Assembly: GCA_965198115.1 (NCBI GenBank)
Contig: OZ240241.1
Span: 7,232,001 to 7,296,000, forward strand
From: Candidatus Latescibacterota bacterium
Lineage (GTDB): Bacteria; Latescibacterota; UBA2968
Direction of reading: 5' to 3'
Length of the DNA stretch: 64,000 bases
The notes beneath the pieces were generated by a model, which was given only the letters and a program-made list of their open reading frames with translations, ran no database searches and was not told the DNA's origin. Positions within the stretch are counted from its first letter, which is position 1; every line of letters starts with the position of its first letter. Shown here piece after piece: positions 41,335 to 50,851 of this stretch. The position numbers were made by a program, and so were the translations under genes.

Positions 41335-42570
41335 ATGGCCCGACGACGCAGTCGTTCCGAACGGTCCAGTGCCATCTACAAGGGCAGACGCGGACGCGTA
41401 CGGCGCCGAATGGCGAGAAGCCGCGGGGTCCCCGTTCTGCGCGTGTCGGCGGGTCTGATCGTGGCCGCCGGTCTGATGATGGTGTGGCTGTGGCGTGCTC
41501 CTCGACCATATCGTACACCCGATCCGGGACCCCCGCAGGCGACCACGCTGGCGAATACGTGGCGGGCCGGGCCGGGTGAGGTCGTCGCGTTCGCCGACAC
41601 GATGGCGCGTCAGTCGGTGGAGACGCTGGCCGGTCTCGGTGTGCCACGGGACGCGATCGAGGTGAAGCAGCTGCAGCCGGCGCGGGGCAGCACGATGCGT
41701 TGGGAGGTGACATCGCGTGTGCCGGAGGACCTGCCGCTGGCGCTGTGCAACCTCTGGCTATCACGCACGGCCCGGCGTCTGGGCGGTGAGGTACTCGACG
41801 GTCGCGAGGACCTCCACGGAAGCCGCCTGTCGATGCTGGTCGGTTTGGAGGGCGATCGCACGACCCTCGTGACGCTGCGGCGGTCGCCGGCGATTCAGCG
41901 GACCGCAGGTCGCATCGCTCTGGTCATCGACGACTGCGGCTACCAGAGTCGCTCGCTGATCGGATCGTTTTGCGAAATTCCGTTTACCCTGACGTTCTCG
42001 ATTTTTCCGGATGAGCGCGAGACGGCCTGGACGGCCGAAAGAGTGACGCGATCGGGTCACGGGGTGATGGTACACCTGCCCATGGAACCGAACGACTATC
42101 CCCGAAGGGATCCTGGACAGGGCGCGATTTTCGTGGAGTATCCCTACGATCGAATCAGGCAGATCACAAAGCACGCTATGACGACCGTGCCGCACGCCAG
42201 AGGAGTGAACAACCACATGGGTTCACGGGTGACGGAGGACAGGCGTGTCATCGGTTACGTGCTTGAGGAGGTGGAGCGTCAGGGCTTCTATTTTGTGGAC
42301 AGTGTGACGAGCCCGACGTCGGTTGCCTACGATGTGTCGGTGGCCATGGGCATTCCGAGTGCGCGGAACGCGACGTTCGTCGACTTTGAGTTCGAACCGG
42401 ATGCGATCGAGACGCGGCTCAGACAGTTGGCGATGCGAGCACGACAGACGGGTACGGCGATCGGGATTGCCCACGCGCGATCGGAAACGCAGGAAGTACT
42501 GGCCAGGGTCCTGCCCGAGTTAGCGGCGGAAGGATTCGAGTTCGTGACGGCGGCTGAAGCGGTTCGATGA
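41335..42570 (+). CDS. Divergent polysaccharide deacetylase (YibQ-like)
   Basis: IALVIDDCG, HLPMEP, GVNNHMGS, FVDS, AIGIAH. Confidence 0.9.
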   Translation: MARRRSRSERSSAIYKGRRGRVRRRMARSRGVPVLRVSAGLIVAAGLMMVWLWRAPRPYRTPDPGPPQATTLANTWRAGPGEVVAFADTMARQSVETLAGLGVPRDAIEVKQLQPARGSTMRWEVTSRVPEDLPLALCNLWLSRTARRLGGEVLDGREDLHGSRLSMLVGLEGDRTTLVTLRRSPAIQRTAGRIALVIDDCGYQSRSLIGSFCEIPFTLTFSIFPDERETAWTAERVTRSGHGVMVHLPMEPNDYPRRDPGQGAIFVEYPYDRIRQITKHAMTTVPHARGVNNHMGSRVTEDRRVIGYVLEEVERQGFYFVDSVTSPTSVAYDVSVAMGIPSARNATFVDFEFEPDAIETRLRQLAMRARQTGTAIGIAHARSETQEVLARVLPELAAEGFEFVTAAEAVR

Positions 42571-42747
42571 TGACAGCCGCGAAACGCTCGATATGCGTTT
42601 GGGCGGATGGACCTGTGATCGTGACCAGTGACAATTGACCAAACGGGGGAATAGTAGATCCCCGACCTGAGCGAATTCGAAATGGATCGGATTCGTCGTT
42701 CTGTTTATATTCTCGCCCGATCCGTAGCGGATCGGGCACAACTGTTT

Positions 42748-43941
42748 ATGGATCAAGGAGTTCCGGAGGTTAAGATCGACGTCGACGGGTTCCGATTCGA
42801 GGTCATTGCCGAAGACCGTGAGACCAGCGCACGTGCTGGAGTCCTTCACACACCGCACGGCGAGGTGGAGACCCCGGTTTTTATGCCCGTCGGAACACAG
42901 GGGTCCGTCAAGACGCTCAGCCAGGAGGATCTGGAGGCTTTGGATGCGCGGATCATCCTGGGTAACACTTATCATCTTTATCTTCGCCCTGGGACGACCC
43001 TGATCGAAGAGGCCGGCGGCCTTCACGGATTCATCGGTTGGAATCGGGCGATTCTGACGGACAGCGGGGGCTTCCAGGTTCGTAGTTTGGCCGCACTCAA
43101 CAAGGTGACTGAAGAGGGCGTGGTGTTTCAGTCGCATATCGATGGATCGCGTCATCTGTTCACATCGGAGAGTGTGGTCCGGACGCAGCATCTCCTGGGT
43201 CCCGATGTGATGATGATGTGGGACGAGTGCACGCCGTTTCCCTGCACGGAAGAGGAAGCACGGTTGTCGGGCGAGCGAACGCTGCGATGGGGAGCCGCGT
43301 GTTTGGATGCGTACGACGCCCTGGGCCGACGGAGTGCGGCGGGTCGTTCACAAGCCCTTTTCGGAATCGTTCAGGGAAGCATCTTCCCCGAACTTCGAGA
43401 ACGATTCACCGAGGAAACCGTGGCGATGGACTTCCCTGGCTACGCTGTCGGTGGGACCTGTATCGGGGAGCGGAAGGCGGAGACGTGGCAGGCTGTGAAA
43501 ACGGTTGTAGAGCGCCTGCCCAGATCGAAGCCCCGTTACATGATGGGGAGCGGTCCTCCCGAAGACCTGGTCGACGGCGTTTCACGTGGGATCGACATGT
43601 TCGACTGTGTCGTCCCAACGAGAAACGCGCGAAACAGCACCGTGTTCACACGCGAGGGACGGTTGAACATCCGCGGGGCCGTGTTCAAGGACGATCTGTC
43701 ACCCCTGGACGAGACCTGTCCGATGATATCGCGCTACTCGCGAGCCTACATCCGACACCTTCTCCACGCAGGAGAGGTGCTGGGTCTTCGTCTGGCCACC
43801 CTTTGCAGCGTCCACTACTTTTTGGAGTTGATGCAAAACATGAGACAGGCCATCATCGATCAAACGTTCGGCGAGTGGCTTGTCGCGTTCAGAGCGGGTC
43901 CGTACGGCGCTACGATAGAAACGCCGACCGAGTCCGCATAG
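42748..43941 (+). CDS. tgt: tRNA-guanine transglycosylase
   Basis: TPVFMPVGT, NTYHL, TDSGGFQV, FGIVQG, DMFDCVVPTRNAR. Confidence 0.95.
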   Translation: MDQGVPEVKIDVDGFRFEVIAEDRETSARAGVLHTPHGEVETPVFMPVGTQGSVKTLSQEDLEALDARIILGNTYHLYLRPGTTLIEEAGGLHGFIGWNRAILTDSGGFQVRSLAALNKVTEEGVVFQSHIDGSRHLFTSESVVRTQHLLGPDVMMMWDECTPFPCTEEEARLSGERTLRWGAACLDAYDALGRRSAAGRSQALFGIVQGSIFPELRERFTEETVAMDFPGYAVGGTCIGERKAETWQAVKTVVERLPRSKPRYMMGSGPPEDLVDGVSRGIDMFDCVVPTRNARNSTVFTREGRLNIRGAVFKDDLSPLDETCPMISRYSRAYIRHLLHAGEVLGLRLATLCSVHYFLELMQNMRQAIIDQTFGEWLVAFRAGPYGATIETPTESA

Positions 43942-43951
43942 GAGGATACGA

Positions 43952-44284
43952 TTGTTCTGGGTGACTGAAGCGTTCGCGATGTCGGGCCAGCAGAACCAGG
44001 CTGAGGGCGGAAACATGTTCATGAACATGCTTCCCTTCCTGCTGATGTTTGTAGTCATGTATTTTCTGTTGATTCGACCGCAGTACAAAAAACAGAAAGA
44101 TCAACAGTCGATGATCGATGCTCTCAAGAAGGGAGACAAGGTGGTGACCAACGGGGGGATCCACGGTACGATTGTCGGTGTGAAGGAGAAGGACAGCATT
44201 CTCGTGGTTCAGGTGGCCAAAGATGTTCGTATCGAAGTCTCACGCGGTGCCATTTCCCGGGTGACGGACAAGAAGGGCAACTGA
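43952..44284 (+). CDS. yajC: Preprotein translocase subunit YajC
   Basis: YFLLIRPQ.KKQK, LKKGDKVVTNGGIHG. Confidence 0.95.
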   Translation: MFWVTEAFAMSGQQNQAEGGNMFMNMLPFLLMFVVMYFLLIRPQYKKQKDQQSMIDALKKGDKVVTNGGIHGTIVGVKEKDSILVVQVAKDVRIEVSRGAISRVTDKKGN

Positions 44285-44289
44285 GCCCT

Positions 44290-45213
44290 TTGAAGGTCGT
44301 GTTCATGGGCACGCCCGATTTTGCGGTGCCTTCGCTCGAGGCGATCGCAGGGTCGGACCACGACGTCGCCGCGGTCGTGACACGTCCTGACACCGCCAGG
44401 GGCCGCGGACAGAAACGGTCTCCACCGGAGGTCAAGGTGGCTGCGGAAGCGTTGGAGATTCCAACTCTGCAACCGGAGAGGCTCCGTGATGAAACGTTCG
44501 TAGACTCGCTGAAGGAGATCCGCGCCGACCTTTTCGTCGTTGTCGCTTTCGTGATTTTGCCGAAGATGGTGCTTGCCCTGCCGCGGCTGGGATCGATCAA
44601 CCTTCATCCATCGCTGTTGCCGAAGTATCGGGGAGCAGCGCCCATCAATTGGGCTGTGATCAACGGCGAGCGAGAGACGGGCATCACGACGTTCAAACTT
44701 TCGTCCAGAGTCGATGCAGGAGACCTGCTGATACAGGAACGCGTGTCGATCGGGCCCGAGGAAACGGCAGGGGAGCTTTACGAGCGGTTGAAAATGAAGG
44801 GGGCGTCCGCCGTTGTGGAGACCCTGGATGGCCTGGCCGAAGGTCGTCTCGAAGGTTATCCCCAGTCGGATGACGAGGCCACGCCTGCGCCCAAGCTGAC
44901 TAAAGAGACCGGTCGAATCGATTGGAAACAGACAGCCGACCGGATTCGTAATCTGGTGCGTGGAACCAATCCCTTCCCGGGCGCGTTCACGACGTGGAAC
45001 GACGCAACGATCAAGATCCACAAGGTCGGCACCGAGAGTGGGGAAGGCCCGCCCGGCAGAGTGCTTTCCGCTGACGACCGGACGGGAATCTTTATCGGCG
45101 CGGGTGAGGGTGTTGTGCGTCTGGAAGAGGTTCAGCCACAAGGCAAGCGACGAATGGATGGGCCGGCCTTCGTGCGTGGCTACCGGGTGGACGCCGGTCA
45201 CTCATTCGGTTAG
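44290..45213 (+). CDS. fmt: Methionyl-tRNA formyltransferase
   Basis: VFMGTPDFAVPSL, INLHPSLLPKYRGAAPI. Confidence 0.96.
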   Translation: MKVVFMGTPDFAVPSLEAIAGSDHDVAAVVTRPDTARGRGQKRSPPEVKVAAEALEIPTLQPERLRDETFVDSLKEIRADLFVVVAFVILPKMVLALPRLGSINLHPSLLPKYRGAAPINWAVINGERETGITTFKLSSRVDAGDLLIQERVSIGPEETAGELYERLKMKGASAVVETLDGLAEGRLEGYPQSDDEATPAPKLTKETGRIDWKQTADRIRNLVRGTNPFPGAFTTWNDATIKIHKVGTESGEGPPGRVLSADDRTGIFIGAGEGVVRLEEVQPQGKRRMDGPAFVRGYRVDAGHSFG

Positions 45214-45283
45214 GCTTTTAACGATATGACAGCCCCGGGTGTGCCCGGGATTTCGTTCGGTGAGATGTCAGGAGGTAAGGATC

Positions 45284-45982
45284 ATGTTTCCGTTCATGTT
45301 TTTCGATCCGACGATGATTCTGCTGATCCCGGGTCTGATTCTGGCCGGGTGGGCACAGTTGAAGGTCAAGGGCACTTTTAGAAAGTATGATGAGTATTCC
45401 GCACGGTCCGGCTATTCGGCCGACCATATCGCCCGTGACATTTTAAACAAGGGTGGGCTGGACGTCGAAATCGATCGTGTCCGCGGAGATCTTTCTGACT
45501 ATTACGATCCACGAAGCCGCGAACTCTATCTGTCGGATTCGGTTTACGGCAACAACTCGCTTTCCGCGATCGGTGTGGCCGCTCACGAAGCGGGACACGC
45601 GTTCCAACACGCGCAGGGCTACTTTCCGCTCTCGCTGCGGTCGAACCTGGTGCCGGTGGCGAACTTCGGGTCGACGCTCGGGATGCCGATGTTCTTTATC
45701 GGTTGGTTCGCGGGGTGGCAGCCTCTGGTCGAAATCGGCATTCTGTTCTTTTCGTTCGCGGTTCTGTTCGGGCTGGTGACGTTGCCCGTCGAATTCAACG
45801 CGAGCAATCGAGCGATCGCGATCCTGACCGATGGCGGTTACCTGACAGCCGAAGAGATTCCGGCCGCCCGGAAGGTGCTGAACGCGGCCGCCTGGACCTA
45901 CGTCGCTTCGGCGTTGATGGCGGTGCTGTCGCTGATCCGATTGCTTGTGATTTCAGGCGTGTTGGGTGGCCGAGACGACTAG
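45284..45982 (+). CDS. Membrane zinc metallopeptidase (YugP-like)
   Basis: LSDYYDP, VAAHEAGHA, TLPVEFNASNRA, AAWTYVA. Confidence 0.9.
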   Translation: MFPFMFFDPTMILLIPGLILAGWAQLKVKGTFRKYDEYSARSGYSADHIARDILNKGGLDVEIDRVRGDLSDYYDPRSRELYLSDSVYGNNSLSAIGVAAHEAGHAFQHAQGYFPLSLRSNLVPVANFGSTLGMPMFFIGWFAGWQPLVEIGILFFSFAVLFGLVTLPVEFNASNRAIAILTDGGYLTAEEIPAARKVLNAAAWTYVASALMAVLSLIRLLVISGVLGGRDD

Positions 45983-46079
45983 CAAAGTCGTGGGCGGTCG
46001 GCAGTTGGCGGTGGGCAGAGATACGGCTTCGCCTGCGTGGTTATAGGCGACCCGCGATGGATGTTACTGGGAGGGTGGT

Positions 46080-47123
46080 ATGTACGATGTGGTGACGTTC
46101 GGGGAGGCAATGATTCGGTTGTCGTCGCCCGAATATCGAAGACTCGAAAACACGGACCGGCTGGATGTACAAATCGGGGGTGGCGAATACAATGTAGCCG
46201 TTGCGTGTGCGCATCTCGGACTGAGCACGGCCTGGGTTTCGCGGCTGGTCGACAACTGGACAGGGTGGATCATTCGTAATAAGGGTCGCGAGCACGGTGT
46301 GGATATGTCGAACATCGTCTGGGTGCCGTTCGACGGCGTGGGCCTGGAGCGCAACGGTTTCTACCACGTTGAGGTCGGCGTGGGGCCGCGGGCGAGCGCC
46401 GTGACCTACGATCGGGGTCATTCGGCGATTTCGAGGGTCGAGCCGGGGATGGTGGACTGGAAGACGATCTTCAATGGGACGAAGTGGTTTCACGTCAGCG
46501 GGATTTCACCCGCACTGTCCGAGGGCGCCGCTGCCACGACCCTCGAGGCACTCAAGGCGGCGAGTGCGGCCGGCGTGACGACGAGTTTCGACCTGAATTT
46601 CCGCTCGAAACTGTGGTCGGCAGAAGAGGCACAGAAGACGATTGCCCAGTTCATTCCGCACGTGAAGGTTCTGATCGGGAACGAAGAAGATTTCGAAAAA
46701 ACCCTCGGGCTGAAGGCGGAGGGCACGTCCGAATCTTTCGATTCGCTCGATCCCGAGAGTTACAAGAACGTCGCGCGATCGGCTGTTGAAACCTACCCGA
46801 ACGTCGAGTACGTGGGCACGACGCTGCGCGTCGCGAAAACCGGCCTTTTGAACGACTGGCGAACGCTACTCTATGACGGGAGTGATTTCTATCTATCACG
46901 GATCTACGAAGACCTGGAGATGGTGGATCGTGTGGGCGGCGGAGACAGCTTCTCGGCCGGCTTGATCGACGGTCTGTTGTCTGGCAGGAACCCGCAGGAC
47001 GCGATCGATTTTGCGGGCGGCTATTCCGCGCTGGCACATACGTTCCCCGGCGACGTGAACTGGGCAACACGCGAAGAGGCGGAGAGCGCGATGAAGGGGG
47101 GAGGGGCGAGGATTCGCCGTTGA
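46080..47123 (+). CDS. kdgK: PfkB sugar kinase (2-keto-3-deoxygluconate kinase-like)
   Basis: FGEAMIRLS, SFDLNFRSKLW, DRVGGGDSFSAG; adjacent to eda. Confidence 0.85.
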   Translation: MYDVVTFGEAMIRLSSPEYRRLENTDRLDVQIGGGEYNVAVACAHLGLSTAWVSRLVDNWTGWIIRNKGREHGVDMSNIVWVPFDGVGLERNGFYHVEVGVGPRASAVTYDRGHSAISRVEPGMVDWKTIFNGTKWFHVSGISPALSEGAAATTLEALKAASAAGVTTSFDLNFRSKLWSAEEAQKTIAQFIPHVKVLIGNEEDFEKTLGLKAEGTSESFDSLDPESYKNVARSAVETYPNVEYVGTTLRVAKTGLLNDWRTLLYDGSDFYLSRIYEDLEMVDRVGGGDSFSAGLIDGLLSGRNPQDAIDFAGGYSALAHTFPGDVNWATREEAESAMKGGGARIRR

Positions 47124-47361
47124 GCTGGCAAATCCTACGGTGGACGGTAGACGGTGGACCCCTCGCGTGCTCGGGGCAGGCTCCAAAGACAGCTTCGCCC
47201 CTTATCAACGTACATTGGCGTAGGAGCGGATCGCGATCCGCCCGGCACTCGGTCACCTAGCTGTCTCGGGCACAACCCGATGATGTTTGACATGACGCAT
47301 ATGGAATGACACAATGCCTGGAGGTTTACTCCAGGCATTGTCTTTATTGGGAGGACGCGAG

Positions 47362-47997
47362 ATGGCAGGTGTCGTCGATGAGATCAAGGCGTGTGGGGTG
47401 GTGGCTGTCCTTCGTGCGGATTCACCGAACGAGCTGATGGATGTGTCCAAAGCCCTGCGGGACGGCGGTGTGGTGGCGATCGAGGTGACGATGACGGTTC
47501 CAGGGGCGCTGAAGGTGATCGAGGAGGCATCGGCCAAGATGACGGATACGATCGTCGGCGTGGGCTCCGTGTTGGACACGGAGACGGCCCGGGCGGCGAT
47601 TCTGGCCGGCGCCGAATACGTGGTGTGCCCCACGCTGAACGTGGACGTGATCGAGATGGCGAAACGCTACGGAAAGGCGGTCATGCCGGCCGGTTTTACG
47701 CCGACCGAGATCTTGACAGCGTGGCAAGCAGGTGCCGATGTGGTGAAGGTGTTTCCAGCCTCGGTGGGGGGCCCGTCGTATTTCAAGGATATCAAGGGTC
47801 CCCTGCCACAAGTGGAGCTCATGCCGACGGGGGGTGTCGATATCAATACCACGCCGGAGTTCATCAAAAACGGGGCGTGTGCGGTGGGCGCGGGCAGCGC
47901 GATGGTGGATAGGCAGGCCGTGGCCGACAAGAACTGGGCAAGGCTGACGGAGACGGCAAAGGCGTTTGTGGATGCTGTTGCCAGCGCGAGGAGCTGA
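47362..47997 (+). CDS. eda: KDPG/KHG aldolase
   Basis: IEVTMT, TPTEI, VKVFPA, LMPTGGV. Confidence 0.92.
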   Translation: MAGVVDEIKACGVVAVLRADSPNELMDVSKALRDGGVVAIEVTMTVPGALKVIEEASAKMTDTIVGVGSVLDTETARAAILAGAEYVVCPTLNVDVIEMAKRYGKAVMPAGFTPTEILTAWQAGADVVKVFPASVGGPSYFKDIKGPLPQVELMPTGGVDINTTPEFIKNGACAVGAGSAMVDRQAVADKNWARLTETAKAFVDAVASARS

Positions 47998-48023
47998 AAA
48001 ACCAAGGCTTACGACTGAGAACA

Positions 48024-48051
48024 CCCCTCGACTTCGCTCGGGACAGGCTCC
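48024..48051 (+). repeat. Dispersed ~28-bp repeat CC(C/T)TCGACTnCGCTC(A/G)GGACAGGCT; other copies 47159-47184 (degenerate), 49171-49197, 55846-55873
   Basis: Visual alignment of four intergenic copies. Confidence 0.8.
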
Positions 48052-48220
48052 GGACACGGAGGGATTGAGGAACCCTGGGTTCGAGGCGCTATTCGCCGCG
48101 AAACCTGAGAGTAGCCTCTGAACTCCGGTGAAAGCGATACATGCCTTGGGCTGAGGCGTTGATGAGAACTGCTGCCACGCCTGCTCTCCTCCTCGCCCAG
48201 TCGTTACTTTGGATACAACC

Positions 48221-49165
48221 ATGAGCTCCAGCCTCACCATAGGCGTTGACCTCGGCGGCACGAATACCCGTGCGGGGCTCGTAACGGAAGAGGGCGAGAT
48301 TCTTGGGCGCGGGCGGAAGCCGACGCCGGTGGCCGATGGGGCGGAGGCCGTTGTCGCCACGATTGTTGAGTGCGCACGGGAGGCGGCGGCTGACGGGGGT
48401 GTGTCGTTGGATGACATCGAGGGCATCGGCGTGGGCTCGCCGGGACCTCTCGATCCTTATGAGGGTGTGATCATCTCGCCGGAGAACATGCCGTGCATGC
48501 ACGGTGTGCCGTTGCGAGAAAAGTTGGAAACGGATTTGTCGAGACCGGTTCGCGTGGATAACGACGCGAACATGGCGGCGTTCGGTGAGCAGTGGTTGGG
48601 TGCGGGGCGTGACGTCGACCACTTTCTTTGTGTGACGCTGGGTACCGGCGTGGGGGGTGGTTGGGTCAGCGACGGGCACCTGATGCGCGGCTTCAACGGA
48701 AACGCGGCCGAGGTCGGGCACGTTACAGTGGATCACGCGGGTCCGAGGTGTATCTGTAACAACTACGGCTGTCTCGAGATGTATGCAGCGGCGACGGCGA
48801 TGGTCCGCCGGACGGTCGAGCGTATCGAAGAGACGCAGCCGGATACAGTGCTGAAAGTAGGTGGATTGTCGACGCGCGCGATTTTCGACGCGGCGGAGGC
48901 CGGTGACGCGTTTGCTCAGGGGATGTTCGAGGAGACGGGCACGTTTCTCGGCATCGGTATCGTGACGCTGGTGAACGTGACGAACGTCGAGATGGTGGCC
49001 CTCGCCGGCGGTCTGGCGGCAGCGGGCGATCGGATCTTCGAGCCAACGCGGCGGGCCTTCATGGATCGGGGGACGGTTGGAGTTCGCGAACACGTTCACA
49101 TCGTTTCCGCAGGGCTCGGAGACGACGCGGGTCTGCTGGGAGCTGCGCGCTTGGTGAAGGCATGA
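48221..49165 (+). CDS. ROK family kinase (glucokinase-like)
   Basis: GVDLGGT, DNDAN, TLGTGVGGG, AEVGH, CICNNYGCLE, DAGLLGAA. Confidence 0.92.
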   Translation: MSSSLTIGVDLGGTNTRAGLVTEEGEILGRGRKPTPVADGAEAVVATIVECAREAAADGGVSLDDIEGIGVGSPGPLDPYEGVIISPENMPCMHGVPLREKLETDLSRPVRVDNDANMAAFGEQWLGAGRDVDHFLCVTLGTGVGGGWVSDGHLMRGFNGNAAEVGHVTVDHAGPRCICNNYGCLEMYAAATAMVRRTVERIEETQPDTVLKVGGLSTRAIFDAAEAGDAFAQGMFEETGTFLGIGIVTLVNVTNVEMVALAGGLAAAGDRIFEPTRRAFMDRGTVGVREHVHIVSAGLGDDAGLLGAARLVKA

Positions 49166-49225
49166 ACCATCCTTCGACTACGCTCAGGACAGGCTTCGAC
49201 TCCAAGACGCCAATAAGACTTTGGG

Positions 49226-49248
49226 GTAGGAGCGGCCTCTGGCCGCGA
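49226..49248 (+). repeat. GTAG-type REP (GTAGGAGCGGCCTCTGGCCGCGA); related copy at 47220-47243
   Basis: GTAG tetranucleotide followed by a GC-rich palindrome. Confidence 0.7.
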
Positions 49249-49256
49249 TCCCAGCA

Positions 49257-49685
49257 GTGAGGCTATCTGTTCTATCAGTCGGTCTACTCGTTTCTTCAAC
49301 TGCTTTCTCCCAAGAGGCACAACCAGACTCCACTCAGCAGGTTGTTCCAAAGTCACCCAGCGGTGCCGCGTTGCGAAGTCTCGCACTGCCCGCCTGGGGG
49401 CAGTTCTACAACGAGAAGAAGATCAAGGGTTCTATTCTGGCCGCGGCGGAAGTGGGTTCCGTCGTGGCCTATTTCGTCCGGCGAGATCAGTTGAATGACA
49501 AGTTCGTGCCGCCCGGTGCGAGAGGGTCTCGGAACGAGTTCGTGTTTGTCATAGCTGGCGTGATCTTCTACAACGTCGTGGATGCGTTCGTCGATGCGCA
49601 TCTGGATGTGGTGGATTGGGGTGAGCTATCTGTCGGAGAGACAACACGTGGGGACCCGAGGCTCTTAGTGTCGTTTAAATTCTAG
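49257..49685 (+). CDS. DUF5683-like membrane protein
   Basis: KSPSGAALRSLALPAWGQFYN, NVVDAFVDAHL. Confidence 0.75.
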   Translation: MRLSVLSVGLLVSSTAFSQEAQPDSTQQVVPKSPSGAALRSLALPAWGQFYNEKKIKGSILAAAEVGSVVAYFVRRDQLNDKFVPPGARGSRNEFVFVIAGVIFYNVVDAFVDAHLDVVDWGELSVGETTRGDPRLLVSFKF

Positions 49686-49728
49686 TGGAACCACGGAGCA
49701 AACCGACCACACAGCGGCGAGTGAGAGA

Positions 49729-50673
49729 TCACGCGTCGCTTTTACTTTGCTCTTCGGGAGTCTGAAGCACAGGCGGAGGTGGGGCGATGATGTTGATGTC
49801 GCGGTCATCGATGGGATGGTGGAAAACGACCCGGTGAGCGTGGAGGTGATATCCGACGTCACCTGGCAGGGGTGCGCGTTCCCCATCGACGAGAGGGGTG
49901 GGGAGGCCACCGGCGACATAGAGCGGATCACCGACGAGTGGGTGGCCCAGGGCGGCGGCGTGAATACGGATCTGGTGAGGACGGCCCGTAGTGATCTGGA
50001 TTTCGACGAGCGTGTGGCCTGCTTCACGATCGACGTGGAGACGGTGCCCTTCGCTGTGTGAAACCTTTCCATCGGATGTTGCGGCGTAGAGCTGTCCGAT
50101 CGGGGCGTAGTCCACGGGGCCGATGGGTGTGTCGATTTCGAATGTGTCAGGGACATCGGTGCCTCGTAGCAGCGCCCTGTAGAGTTTGGTGATTCGGCGT
50201 TCGACAAAGGTCTCTGTCATGAGTCGGAGTGCTTCCCGGGACCGTGCGAAGAGGACGATTCCGGACGTTCCACGACCGATCCGATGGAGCGGCGAGGGGG
50301 CGATTTCGCCATCGTATCGATCTCTGACGACTGTGAGCAGTGTGTGCTGGAGGTGGTGGCCGCTCGGGAGGACGGGTAAGCCGCTCGGTTTATCGACAGC
50401 GAGGAGATGGGCGTCCTCGAAGAGTGTTGCGAATGCTAGGGGCGTCTCGGGTTCGTGCCACGGGTCCCGGAGATAGGTGAGCGTATCCCCACGTTGGAGT
50501 ATGGCTTTGGAATGAGATGGTTCCCCGTTTAAACGGACGAACCCGTTCTGTATCCGCGCAAGCCATTCGGTCTCGGAAGAGTGAGTGTAGCGACGGGTGT
50601 AGAAATCGAGGAGGGTCTCGCCCTCTCCGTCGGTGTCGATCCGATTGGTGTAGGTGTATCCCGTGTTTTCCAT
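49729..50673 (-). CDS. RluA-family RNA pseudouridine synthase with HRIGRGTSG motif
   Basis: VDKPSGLPV, HRIGRGTSG, TGRPHQIRIH, HPLVGDPLY, LHAH. Confidence 0.85.
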   Translation of the reverse strand: MENTGYTYTNRIDTDGEGETLLDFYTRRYTHSSETEWLARIQNGFVRLNGEPSHSKAILQRGDTLTYLRDPWHEPETPLAFATLFEDAHLLAVDKPSGLPVLPSGHHLQHTLLTVVRDRYDGEIAPSPLHRIGRGTSGIVLFARSREALRLMTETFVERRITKLYRALLRGTDVPDTFEIDTPIGPVDYAPIGQLYAATSDGKVSHSEGHRLHVDREAGHTLVEIQITTGRPHQIRIHAAALGHPLVGDPLYVAGGLPTPLVDGERAPLPGDVGYHLHAHRVVFHHPIDDRDINIIAPPPPVLQTPEEQSKSDA

Positions 50674-50851
50674 GTCGTCGAATCGGTGACGATTGCGGTA
50701 GCGTCTGTCGCCGGAGAGATGACAGCTAGGAGGCAACACAGCCTACGAAGGGGCTGGCCTCGTGATGGCTCTCGTGGCAAGGGAATTGCGAATGTGACAG
50801 GACTCCGCGCAAGTCCTGTCGGGAAGTTCGCTACCCTCCACGAGAGGAGCA

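Noticed and set aside
43952-45213. No def gene between yajC and fmt; no kbl beside tdh
   Set aside because: Simple synteny differences; the genes may lie elsewhere in the genome
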